Assembly (NCBI GenBank): GCA_030704615.1
Contig: CM060731.1
Span: 72,168,001 to 72,232,000 of the forward strand
DNA: 64,000 nucleotides
Source of the DNA: Takakia lepidozioides
Taxonomy: Eukaryota; Plantae; Bryophyta
Direction: 5' to 3'
Positions 11,496 through 29,169 of the stretch are shown here, piece by piece. The first letter of the stretch is position 1. Each line of letters begins with the position of its first letter. A model generated the notes under the pieces. It worked only from the letters and a program-made list of their open reading frames with translations, searched no databases and was not told the DNA's origin. The translations under genes were made by a program, and so were the position numbers.

Positions 11496-13544
11496 CAACA
11501 TTGACGCTCCACGCTTGCCACTTATGATGGCTCTTCTTGCACCCATCAAGTTCTCCTATGATCAATTTTGCCCACTCACATTCATACCTGTTGCTACTTT
11601 ATTCAAGGTCTACGCCATGCCGGCCTTCAATCCTTTGCTTTGTTGTTCCACAACGAGGCCCTAAAATCAAAAGGGGTTTGTGTTGGGGGCTAATACATAA
11701 AAAACAAGTAGCCTCTATACCTGATGAACATGTTACCCTATAGGCGTGGCTTTTTCTCACGTTATGCTCACACGATACCAGCCCCTTTACGTAAGAGGCG
11801 CGAGACTAGGCGGTGAGGCTTCACCTCAAATTTAAGGTCCTCGCCCATGGGTTATTTCGCACGGGGGAACTCCATGCCAACCAGCCTGAGAATAAATCAC
11901 ACTATACTTGAAAAGATGAATAGGTCACTTTTAAAGTCCCCACCCATATTGTATATTTTGGCAAAGCAAAACTTTGTCCCCTAACAACTACAATTATATA
12001 TTGAGAGATACATTTCAGTGCGAAACTTGGTTGGATAGTGTGCAGTTAGGATGCTCACAACATGAAATCATATGTATTTTTGAGATGCCCAGAGAAAATC
12101 ATAGAGCTAAGGAGATTGTACTCACACGACAAAAATAAGAAGACGAATATCAAATTGTATAAAAATGTGCTCACATGAGCACAATCACAGCAGATAAGGC
12201 TGCGAAGCCTTAGCACATGTAACACGAAAGTTGATAGTTCAAATTGTGTTTGTGTAAATATTGTCTACAACATTTTTCTATGTGAGGTCTTCTATATCTT
12301 TTGTATAATACACATTTGTTGCCTCACACTAATCAATTAAAAAATGCAATACACATATTTTGACTTCACCTAATTCCAATAAAAAATGTAATTGTACATT
12401 GATTATGAACTAAGTTCACTTATCTACTTGATGAGATTGGTTGCAAATAACTGAACTTACAATTAGTTGTCTGCATTTCATAAGACCAGTAAAATACTGC
12501 AACTCTGTATGACTACATTAAAGATAACCTATTATGTCTGAGAATAATGGATACTGAAAGTTTTTTTGGGAGGGTTTATCGCAAAGAGGCCATCACTCCC
12601 ACTGTCACTCTCACCATAGCTGTTTATTATGGACATGAGTTCGGATAGCCTCTAAAAATGACAATTGAGGCATGACATGGTAACTCCGTACAAATCTAGC
12701 AGATTCCAACCACAAAACGTCAAGGCTAAGCGCTCCGGAAAGCGGTCCCATCCTGCAAACAAAACTCACTTAGCATGAATCTCTCTCCAAATCCATAATC
12801 AAACGAATAGACCATCCTCAACAACGAATAAACTCATTTGATTGCCAAAACTTACTCACTCTCGTATGCCAATGAGCATTCATATTAGTTCATATCCCTT
12901 AACATTCCAACATATCCAACCAGGTATTTGAAAACAAATAAAAATTGACAAGTTAGCATGGAGAAACTCATTTGTGACCTAGGAGCAAGTTTACTGGATT
13001 TTTTTTCTAGAATAATCGTTATAGGCCATCCTTGACGAGTACACGACTATTGGGTGGGTAGAATATGGGATGATGGGGCACATGTGATGATGGTCCCGAT
13101 ACCTTAGCATTACGAAATATACAATGATTCACTAAAATTCAATAGTTTTATACATTTTTGATCTGATAATATATCCTCAACCAAAGTATAGTCTAAAGAA
13201 AGCGTTAACGCACTTATGTATCGGGCTTGAATCAAAAAAATTCGAATAATTGAAAATCGAGAATTGGATATAGTGTTGGAATAACATACAAATTGGATAT
13301 ACCAAACCGTTTCGCCTTACAAAAATCATCTCTTAAATAGAGTAATGTTGCAATAATAGATGGACATTGGATATCTCAAACCCTTTCGCAACACGAAAGT
13401 GATCTGTTCAACGAGACATATTGACAACTAGTTTTACTCGAATTATAATTAAGGTGGTATAGTGGAAGGGTTACCGAGGAAAAGTACGGTAGCACTTGAT
13501 TTGATATCCCAACAGCGACAAATAATAATTTGACATCCATGAGA

Positions 13545-13775
13545 AGTAGTTCAAATCCTTCAGTTTATATCCCTCCATATCGGTTAAAAAACATGCAGGT
13601 TTTTTAACACAAACACTGTCAGACAAAAGTTTCATGTTGAAGAACTTTTTTGTTACGGCGAAGCAGTTCAAATCTCTCAGTTCATATCCCTTCAAAAGCA
13701 TGCAGGTTTTCGAGCACAAACACTGTCAGACAAGAGTTTCGTGTTGAGATTTCAACTCTTTTGCTTCGGCGAATA
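13545..13775. repeat. Imperfect tandem duplication (unit about 110-120 bp) in an AT-rich block
   Basis: AGTTCAAATC..CAGTT.ATATCCC..CATGCAGGTTTT..CACAAACACTGTCAGACAA.AGTTTC.TGTTGA occurs twice. Confidence 0.8.
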
Positions 13776-15896
13776 TTTTCCACATTCTGTATCTAGATTA
13801 TTCGTTATAAGCAATTGTGCACCACTATGGCACTATGAAACTTGTGCATGTGATGATCTCGGACTGATTTTCATATGTGGTAGTAATAATTAGGATACTT
13901 TCGTTTCGCGAGAATTGATGTCATATGGGTGGCGGAACCTGCGGGACAGCTCTCCGGATGTCTCAACATGTGTCAATATGATGCACTTATATTATCATTT
14001 ACGTAATTGTATTTTTTCTCTCTGTTAATCCACATAGCATTCCCCCTCTATTTTGTATCCTATATTGTAGCCAAATATTATCTGGAATTACCCGTGGATA
14101 TATGCTAAGATGCATTATAAAGTATGATATCAGATAGATATATGTAGATTGGTATTGATAAGCGGTTTGGTTACTATACTTGCATGATAATTTGCTAGTA
14201 CATGGATGTAGCGTTATTGGTTTGGAATAAATATCCTCATGAAAGTACCGTACGAGGGACATTGCGACATTTGATATGTATTTATATATGAGACGGATGG
14301 ATTTATTGATGGATATAGATGCATAATGTACATTGATACATTGCATATTTACCACTCAGGAGGATGCCAGCCTTACTGAAATTCATGAAGATTCAAGCGA
14401 AACTATACCATGGCAGATCACAATCGGTGTAGAAATGACTTTCTCTATTGAATTATGTATGTTCTTCCTCTTTCAGAAACCTCATTCACTGCTGTGACTT
14501 TCAGCGTAGTGAGAATAGATGCCAATAAATTTACTTCACATAGGAAGTCGAAACATAACTAGATGTAGACAGCACCCGTAAAGTGCAGTTGTTTTGCTCA
14601 CACATACTACACATATTCAAAACACATATTAGTTTTGTAGTGAGAAACTAAATGTAGTATGTAGTTTGTAATTTATTATATTATTTCCACAATTTTCTAT
14701 AGGGGTATGTAAAAGAAATTCCCAAATTCTAGGAACTTCATTGAGAAACCTAAACCAAATGATATAATACAAATACCATTCAGGTTACTAGAATTAATTG
14801 TCGACAATGATGTTTTCAAAGCGAAACAATCTTAGACCTTCTTAGACTCTATGCTAAAATTCATTGATGATCTCTCTCTTTGATGATCTAAATGACATAT
14901 ATGTACATGTTAATTCCGTTCCTATAGGAAATTTCACTAGGTGAAAGTATCCTCATTTGTTATTCTTTCTATATTGTCCTTATCGGTGAGTCGTTTTGTT
15001 ATCATGTATCGAAAACTGTTGCATTTGTCTTGGTACAGTATATTTACAATGTGTAGATTTTGATCAATCAAGGTACAGAATGTAGGCGAGTGATATCGAT
15101 TTAAACTTAGTTATACCTTAAAATCATTTCCAATCAATATCGCTATATTTTCTGTTTGGTGTTATTTTCAGAGGACGGAACAAATGCATTTTTGAGGTTA
15201 TATTTAGCATCATATTTCAATAGCATTAGAACTGTATTGTGTATCAGCTGCAACTATTTTGTTTTCATTGCACGAAATTGTTGTGATATATTTTCTGTTA
15301 AGGATCTCTACTTCTTAACTGAATCTAGGCTTCCTCGGAGGTTGACTTTTTTTGTTTAGTGTGTGGATGTAAAGCTCAAAATGTACCCTTCTTCTTCGTC
15401 ATCAATGCCAACGTACATTCACAAAAACTTGCCAGTTTACATTATTTATCGCAGGTTTTATGAGGTTTTAGAGGGTGGGTTGGAGAATGCGAAAGCCTTA
15501 TGTGATCTCACTTCTCATCACTGTACTACTTTATTGACATAATGTTTTGCGATATCCTCTTTACAAAGCATGAGAAAGTCTTGACAACGCCAGTACACGA
15601 AAATGAGATGACTTTTACCGGAGCTTGTGGACTGGGTTGCTACCTTTGACCTTTTGCCATCTCATTTATGTTTGAGCCCAATGGCATATTTGTTTGTTAT
15701 TCTTTAAAAACATTCTTCCGAGCATTATTAGAACAATCAAGGATATACCAATAAGGGTTTCTCAATGCGAAACCCGCCGCCGCAGCTATAGATTTAGGGT
15801 TTCTGACTACACTACTGAAGGTTTTGCCTCATTGAATTGGCACAGATCTACCGTATAAATGCACCAGTCCTCTATACCCGCTTATGGTTTGATTCC

Positions 15897-15899
<3 letters not shown>

Positions 15900-15926
<27 letters not shown>
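15900..15926. repeat. (TA)n microsatellite abutting the 3' end of the retroelement copy
   Basis: Read directly from the sequence. Confidence 0.95.
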
Positions 15927-15927
<1 letters not shown>

Positions 15928-18070
15928 ACGCCAACTAAAGCTAGCGTAAATAAGAGCCTCTTCCCCTTGCGGGTACTGCCCCCTTCCAGGGGTGGGCTCT
16001 ATTGGACCGTAACCTGTCACACAGTGGCTAGCTGGCCACTTTCAAGCTTACATTTATTGAGGATTAGGGATGTGAGTGATGTAATAGCCGTAAAATGCAA
16101 GGCTCGTAGTAGATGTCCCTAATACCCTTGATACCTGCAGTGATGATGGTTAGAGGTGCCGTGTTCTCGCTGACATAAGGTATGTATGATTGGGTTATAT
16201 TGGTACATAATTGATTGATCTGGATTTCGATCATGGCAAAAGGCGAATTCCAAAAAATTTATTTTGAGATATGGAAGTGGTTTTGTCGGCGACATTGCTA
16301 GTACATGAAGTCCCTGGACTAGCAAAATATCTGGGCATAGCCTTCCGATGGCAAAGGCATGGGTGCCCTTGGGAGCATACACACGGTAGCAGCCATGGGT
16401 ATAGTGTGGTCCGGTGGGCGACCTTGGAACGTGTCTGCATTGATGAGGTTAAACCATCTGGATATCGGATGTGAAGTGAGAATTTTGTGGAATTGTCTAA
16501 CCCCTTGGTTATGTCTAGTTACACGCAACCCATGAATTATGGGGTGGTTGCAGTGGAGAAGTGAGTGTGGCCATGTATCTATTTGGGATTTTGGGATGAA
16601 CATAACATGCAGAGTTTATTAGGATATATAATGGCCAGAACAAGTTTCGTCGTTGATTGCCCATGTATTGACCATACCGAAATTCCAAAGTTTGTTTGAT
16701 TTGTGCATCAGTAACCTTGGGGGGTGTCGGCCAAAAATGATTGGACATACTATGTAGTAGGTGCGGGGACGAGACCCACTTAGATATGTAGGAATTTTTG
16801 TAGGTGCGGGATTCTTGTATGAGTAGTTTGGTTTCGCATGGGATGTGTGTGTGCAGATTCCGTGTAGGTGCTATGGTCGGGAATCTAGCCCTTGTTGATA
16901 TGAGCCAAAACGGGTATGTATGCGACTGGTGGATAGGGCTGGTCGAGGGGTTGGTGATTGGCTGAATGACACCAAGTTGAGCAAGATGGTCTACTATGTC
17001 ATTACCTATTATGTCTGTGTGAGATCGAACTTTATGCAGCGGTAAAGAGGATACAACATCCACGATTCCTTTTATATGTGTAATATCAGGATGATGGATC
17101 TATGATGAAGGCATGCAAATTGGTTGGCGAGAAGGTATAGGGAGACCCAACTGTCTGTAAATAAGTAGTATGTTCAGTAGGTTGGTAGGGGAGAGACTTG
17201 AGAGCATCATGTATGGCCATAAGCTTCGCTCGCAAGATATTCTGGCGACCAGGGAGACGACTATATGTTTTGGTGTTGGTGCCAACCAAATATATACCAT
17301 AACCCGCGTGGGCATCTTTTAAGGAGCCATTTGTATATATGCATTTTTTTGGTGGGAATTTCAAGGTTGTGGGTTTCATGAAATTTGGGAGTAGTATAAC
17401 AAAGGTTTTTTTGTCTCGCTGTCCTTGGAGTATTCACGTTATCTACATTTGCACCTCGCTCAATCATTTATCAACCCCCACCGCCGTGGCGCAATTACAT
17501 GAAATATCCAGAACCGTTACTAACTAAACTGGTATGTGTACACCACCACTCACAAAACCCGCAAATACCTACCAATTTCTACCATCAACTGGACCGGATT
17601 CTAAAACATTTATTTGGTCACATAGCCACAGTCCACCCGCCTACCCAAACACCCACACAAATACCCCCCAATCAATCCGGACAAACCCATGGAGACATGT
17701 GAGGTGGAGTGGGACGTTGGAATGGAATCTTTCCCATAATCACTCCAATCTTTGGAGTGTTATGTTACCAATGTAGTACCTTAGTGGTCCATATATGTGT
17801 GCCAAATTATTGTGAGTGTGAATGTGGGACTAAGACTTCATGATGTCTTTATCTAGGTTACATTCAGCTATAGAGGTGTGTAGATTTGGGATACTTCTTG
17901 GTGGGTTGATGAAGCGTCTATCGCTGGCTTGTGGTTCATCCACATGTTGGGTATGAATATGCGACAAGTAGTGGGTGTTGGTTTGTTGGTGGTGTTCGGT
18001 AACCATTTGAATATTATGGCGTAGATTGGGGTTTCCGTGGGTATTAAAAAGGTGGTCGTTGGTGAAAACA
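15928..18070 (-). mobile_element. Decayed Dualen/RandI-like non-LTR retrotransposon: pre-RNase H region, RNase H, CCHC-like knuckle, RLE and 3' UTR
   Basis: RNase H remnants are IYTNGS(=YTDGS)...AGYGIY...QNILRAKLMAI and KVRSHTDIIGNDIVDHLA. These are followed by FRYGQYMGNQR, DTWPHSLLHC..RHNQ and RLCPDILLVQG..FLEFAFCHD, with many frameshifts. No RT or APE domain is visible and the 5' boundary is approximate. Confidence 0.8.
15953..16000 (-). ncRNA. Conserved structured RNA element in retroelement 3' UTR (copy 2)
   Basis: Sense sequence AGAGCC-CA-CCCCU-GGAA-GGGGG-C-AGUA-CCC-GCAA-GGG-GAA-G-A-GGCUCU. It has the same fold as 65-112. Confidence 0.7.
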
Positions 18071-18350
18071 TATAACTCCTATGACCAAGGTTTAAAAACA
18101 TAAAACTCCCATGGCCGTGGGTTGTGCTCACGCGATACCAACCCCCCCCCTCCTGCCCCATGCCAGACGCACAAAATAACATTGCGCCGCGCTTTCCGCC
18201 CCTTATGTATGCTACATCTGGTTGCTTTTTGTTTTTTTGGGTGGGCGCAGCCAGGGTAACCCAGGATATATTTTTGCTAAAAGTCGAGGGAGGGCGGGCA
18301 GGGAGGCCGTGGAGAGAGGAGATGGTGACCACACTTTCAAAACGGGGTCC

Positions 18351-18354
18351 AAAA
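18351..18354 (-). terminator. Pol III T4 terminator of the 5S gene (second T4 at 18339-18342)
   Basis: TTTT lies 6 nt after the 5S 3' end on the minus strand. Confidence 0.6.
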
Positions 18355-18360
18355 GGCGGC

Positions 18361-18479
18361 TGGGTGCAGCACCGGGACTTCCCGGGAGGTCACCCATCCC
18401 AGTACTATTCCGGCCCAAAGGCGCTTAACTTCAGAGTTCTGATGGGATCTGGTGTAGTAGCCTTGGTATGACCGCACCA
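18361..18479 (-). rRNA. 5S ribosomal RNA gene (119 nt, bryophyte-type)
   Basis: The minus strand reads TGGTGCGGTCATACCAAGGCTACTACACCAGATCCCATCAGAACTCTGAAGTTAAGCGCCTTTGGGCCGGAATAGTACTGGGATGGGTGACCTCCCGGGAAGTCCCGGTGCTGCACCCA. The A/IE/C boxes are intact and the terminal helix I pairs. Confidence 0.96.
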
Positions 18480-18505
18480 CGACACCAAGGCGCCACGCTT
18501 GCCAC

Positions 18506-18510
18506 TTATA
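18506..18510 (-). promoter_or_regulatory. TATA-like element at about -30 of the 5S gene
   Basis: TATAA at -31..-27, the position usual for plant 5S genes. Confidence 0.65.
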
Positions 18511-19857
18511 ATGGCTCTTCCTGCCCTCATCGCCCTCGTCAGGTTAAGTCATCACCTCTAAAGCAGCGTACACACTACACACGCTCAGTACGCTGACCTG
18601 AAGGATCACATGCGATCTGCAGTTGAGTCGTCGTCGTCGTCAGTGTTGGTGTAATTAGAAGCTGGCTCTTCCACAAAATGTGCACGCACGAGCAGGACGT
18701 GCAGCGGCTGAACCGGCAACGTTAGGCTTCTGTAGGTGTTTCTTCTATTTCAATACCCAATCCATGGGGCAGCTCTTTCAAACTTTGGGACTGTTGATCT
18801 TCATATTCCCAATTCCAAGTGTTTTGAAATAAATCGGACAGATGAGAGCTCCATAGCAAAGCTTCACTACAAATGCCACTCACTATCCCCCTAATGTCTT
18901 GGTGGGTATTGCCTACTGTTTGATGAAATGAGAAGCCCATGAAGCCCAGGAGAGCTGGCCACCTACTTCAAGAATCAGAACACACCTAACCCCGGCATCA
19001 AATGAATCTTTTAATGGCTGATAGTTGCTAAAACCTCTTTGCATTTCTGTATGTACTAAGAAGTAGCAAAGTTGGAGCAGTGTCAAGAGACAATCACCTG
19101 GAAAGACTGTTGGTGCGAAGGTGTGTATTGAGTTGATGTCAGGAGTCCCAAATATCTCGCAGCCAAATGTGCAAGAGTTCAACAGAAAGCAAGCCGAACA
19201 AACCTCCTTGGAAAAATCTTTCCTTTTCTTGTTGGCTTGTTTCAGAGGGGAAGCTAAGAATATACTGCGCCACCTTCGTCCGTTTCTCTAAATATCGACC
19301 TGCCGTTGACAGTGGGATGCCAATTCTGGAATTGGAAATGGTGGAGGCTGCGATGGTGGGCCCCTCGGAAGTGAATGCATCCACCTGTGGGGCCTGCTTA
19401 GTGTCCACGTAAGTAAATGCGATGCTCGGGGTTTATGCAGTGAGGGAAGTACTGGCTTCGGGTCCTTTGCTGTGGACAGGTTTCCTCGAAGTTACTGTAC
19501 TTGAGGGAGCCGGCAATTCAACGATAGCAAAGGCTGATCACGCGCAATGGCGTTCGAGCTGGTCTGTGGTAGCAGAGAGCGAACTGGGTTTTTGCGACTC
19601 GGATGAAGGATCGGCACCCCACAGCTGTGTAGAAGCTGTTGCACTCTAGTGCAATGTAGACGGGCGTGGGTGAGCGCGAGTCTGGCTTCGGTGGCTGGCC
19701 TCCTCCATCCGCATCAGGTGAATGTCTCTTCCAATGTTTGTGGTTATGGAAAAGTCGACTTCGTTAATGCAAATGGAAAATACTGAATTCTACCTGCTGT
19801 CTTGTTTGTGTTTGAACAGTCTGTTTGTGGGAAAAGTGCATTGAAGCTGAAGTGAAC

Positions 19858-21511
19858 ATGGATTTCAGCCTTGAGGAAACAGAAGTAGAAGTGAATGGGG
19901 TTTCGGGAGCAGCATATATGAGGGATGAACAGCCACAGCGTATGTTCCAATATCCGGGAGCCGTAAAGAAGACGGCATACAATTTTGATGGGCGAGGAAA
20001 ATTTAGCAGCAAAGAATGGGATCTGAGGCAGTGGAATGGGGAGGGATTCCGCTGGTATCACGTGGAGTTGCCCCGATCCAATCAGAGGTTGACGACTTTT
20101 GCCCAGTATCTGATAGACGTTCTATGCCCACCCTTGAAGCTGCAGGAGATTCTGTCGCTTGTGAGCAATGGTCCCTTTTGTGGCTCGATTGATGGGGCTC
20201 TTGTATTTAGAGTCAATTCTGCAGGCCCCACTAGCAGCAAGTTTACACAGAGAATTGCTGCGCTGGTGACGGACAACACAGTTATAAGCGTCTCTCTAGG
20301 TGAGGTGCGGAGATTGGATTTTTCCAGGAATGTAGCTGAGTCGTTACTGTCAGAGGTTCCCAGCATTGAGCCCACCTTTTCATCAGGCTCAAACTCACCA
20401 TATCAAGGCGGGAAAGCGACCGGGATTGTGATCCAAGAGCATGTGCTGGAGTCTCTGTTGACGATGAATCACCCGGAGCATGCGGACCATGCAGTGCCAC
20501 GCGGGGTGGGCAACCTCCTGGTGCACATCATTGACACCCATGTTGATCAGCTTCATGATGTCGTGCTCCATCTGGAAACACGACTTGATGAGGTTGAACG
20601 CGAGTTGGATACAGGTATGTCTTCTCGGACTCTTAGCCGATAGATAACATCAATGCACTTCTGTGGCTTCTAGCAGAACCGATAGGTGATGTGAAGTAGC
20701 TGAGTTGTGAAATAGGCCAGTGGTGGTGGGGTCAAAGCACTGAGAGCAGCTTCTGGACTGTAGGGGTTGGTGCAACAAAAAAACAGATGTTGGATGAACG
20801 ACGCTTTCCAAAGATGCATTTGGACCTGCAAAGGCTGTTGCAGGTCATAGCCCATGGTGACCAAGTCTTCCCCAGAGTCAAGGACAAGTGTGCGGGTAAA
20901 CACTGGTGTACTACTGAGGATCTGGTGACACTGGATGTGTTGGTGACCCGCCTTAGGAAGCTCAAAGAGAATGTCGGTTTCATAGCCAACCGCATCACGG
21001 CTATTCAAGCTGGATTGGATAGTTGGCAGGCTGAACAGATCAATCGCAAGCTCTACTACTTATCATTTCTCTCTATGATTTTCCTTCCACTGTCTATTGT
21101 GACTGGAGGTGGGTTGCTTTCTATGTCATTCTCCTCATAAGATTGACTTGGTTCTTTGGACTACTTGATCTCATATTTGGTGCAGTTGCTGTGAATTTCT
21201 GGAAGTCTAGGGATCCGTGAGTTTGTTGTATAAGTGGGTTTCATGGATGTGGTGCAGCCTTTGGAATGAATGTTGGTGGAGTGCCATGGACGACACAAAC
21301 AGATCCCACACTCGCAGAGGGTTTTCGGAATGTGATGCTCATCTGTGCAGTGCTTGTCATACTGCTGCTGGCTTGCTTTGGGGCTGTCCCTTTATATTCA
21401 TACTTCACCACAAGGCACAAGCACCAGGCTGCCAAGAAGAGATGGCTGGGCTCCAAAAAATCTATATGCTTCCGAGGTGGTCAGCAGCATAGTGCCTATA
21501 TTCCTCTTTGA
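19858..21511 (+). CDS. CorA/ZntB-like divalent cation (Mg/Zn) transporter, 3 coding exons
   Basis: Exons: 19858-20614, 20764-21108, 21258-21511. Motifs include WYHVELP, LCPPLKLQEIL and SMIFLPLSIVTGAFGMNVGGVPW (GMN motif), followed by a second TM helix. Confidence 0.93.
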
Positions 21512-23460
21512 GCCTATTCAACACCTGTTACTTGATTTTATGGAGCAAAGTAATTGAGCTCTCCTTCCTATGTCAGAGGCATGGGATGGACGCCTGCATT
21601 TCTGTAGTGAAGGTTTGCAGCAAGTAAGGTGCGTCGCTTGCCTCGGGAGAGTAGATTCTGCAAGCAATTATAGTGGCACCTGCTTGGTAGGAGCAATCAA
21701 CCTTTTACCGTAAGCCCCCTGTAAAGAGTGCATGGTCGGTGCAGTTAGGGGACAAAGTGTAAAGCATACAGCTTGTGCTGCTCCACCATAGAGTCACAGG
21801 ATTGTTCAGTAGATTCCTCTCTTTCTCTCTCCATTTTGTGGGGTTTGAATGCAGAACTTGTAATTTAAGTGTACCTGCACACACTCAGGGTTCCAATCTT
21901 GGCAAGCAGAGAAATTGTGGTGCAGTCCATCCATCTGTGTCCCCCAGCAGCTACCACTGGGTCTCCTTTTCTTTACATATTTATTTTCTGGGGAGAAGTC
22001 CAGAGAGGGTGTCAGCTTGTTAAGAGAAGTGACACCCAAGTATTGGTTTGGTCCTTGGGCTGAAACATATATATGAAATCTTCAATGAAGAGGGATCTCC
22101 AACACCAAGATCACATTTCAAATTAAGCATGACGTGGCTTTGATGGATGGTTTGTGGTGCTTAATACGTCTGATCCAGCAAATTGGTACCTGCGTTGGAT
22201 TGTACTAATAGAAAAGACCATTATCATCTTGGGAAGATTGATCCTGAGGTGTAAGGGTATGATTAGTCAGTCTCTTTGGACTGAAGAATGCTGTTGCAAC
22301 CTGTGATTTTGCATGAATTTGACACATCATGCTGCAACACTTCAGATAATACTTGCAGTGGACTTGAAAGAACTTGGTTAGTCAAATACATCAAGTTTTC
22401 ACTAATCGTAGTCTGTACCAGCACTCTAAATGTCAGACCCAACTATTCTGCTTCTTTCAAAATCTTAAAAACTAGTAATGCACAGTATTTGTCACCCTGA
22501 CAATGAGGGTGATTTCCTACAACATCAAAATTCTAAATCTCATTCGCCCATTTGATTCATCTACTATGCTTCTAAGAGCCAAGCTAAGAGTCAATGTAGT
22601 GGCAATAGAGCGCCACAGCCTCTACTCAGATGAAATGGAACCAAGACATCAAACCCAGATGACAACAGTAGAGCTTGTATTATGCACCGAGAACTTCGGT
22701 TATGTGATATGTAAATAAATACAAATATGGCGGAAATAACTACAAAGAATCACCTTCCAGTCTTTCTCAAATTCTCGAACAATGTGCGCCATTTAGCCCA
22801 ATCTAATATGCAGGTAGTTTATTGAAAGATATCTCACATAATATGAGAGTAAGTACAAGTCAAAGGTGGCAAGTTTCTGCACTTTGACATGTTGAGCAGC
22901 CAGTAGCAGATTGCGACAATCCCAGTGTCTATATCCAGGACGTCAGCACCGCAGAATGCAAAGCTTTGCTTTTTCAGTATGTAAGGCCTTAAACAAAGGG
23001 AACATATTGTTTGGCTTGGCCTTCCTCCCTACAATTGACCTGAAGCCAGTACTGTGATTATTAAACTTCCCATCCCAAGTGCATAGGGAGTGTAGCGACA
23101 TGGCAGTGAGAGACATCCTCTGTACCACTGTCTACACGACTTTGAAGAACAGTGGTTGGATAACCCTCCTCCAAGGCTACCCATCAACATCCTGCAGCAA
23201 GGCAAAAGAAGAGAGAAAGCAGTAGCGTCATGAGATCCAAAATGGCCCCTCCTGTGTTACCAAGTTCAGCAATCAAAAGGCGCTGGCAGACACAACCTTG
23301 GAGTGGAACTTTGGTAGATAAAATCTCCTCTCCTCTTAGATAGCTGGGATTGGAGCAGGGAAGTGTTGACTAGGGATCAGACTCGCCATATCGCACTTGC
23401 CTATCCTCCATGCCACAATTTATTGGCAAGCCCTCACGGAAAAGCACACCCAGTCCCATG

Positions 23461-28977
<5,517 letters not shown>

Positions 28978-28981
<4 letters not shown>

Positions 28982-29013
28982 ATTGCTCCTGCTCTCTTAT
29001 ACACAGATCCCAT
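28978..29013 (-). promoter_or_regulatory. uORF (MGSVYKRAGAI*) whose stop overlaps the UKL start codon (ATGA)
   Basis: ATG at 29013-29011; TGA at 28980-28978 overlaps the main ATG at 28981-28979. Confidence 0.55.
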
Positions 29014-29153
29014 TTCCTTCAGCCAGCTACTGGCTCCCAAGCCTACTCCGTATATTCCATCTCTTTTCTCTTTTCTCTTCCCAATTATACTGTTAAGAGA
29101 TTCTGGACGACGATGTCCCCTAAACATCGTCGTTCATCCATCCATTTCGCATT

Positions 29154-29169
29154 CACGTGACTCCACGTG
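29154..29169. promoter_or_regulatory. Tandem G-boxes (CACGTG x2) in the divergent UKL/PGLP promoter
   Basis: CACGTG at 29154-29159 and 29164-29169, plus ACGTGG near 29192. Confidence 0.55.

Noticed and set aside
11381-18479. Cassandra TRIM with 5S-bearing LTRs
   Set aside because: The copies are full-length 5S with native TATA and terminator. I found no TG..CA LTR ends, PBS or PPT, and the spacing is far larger than a TRIM.
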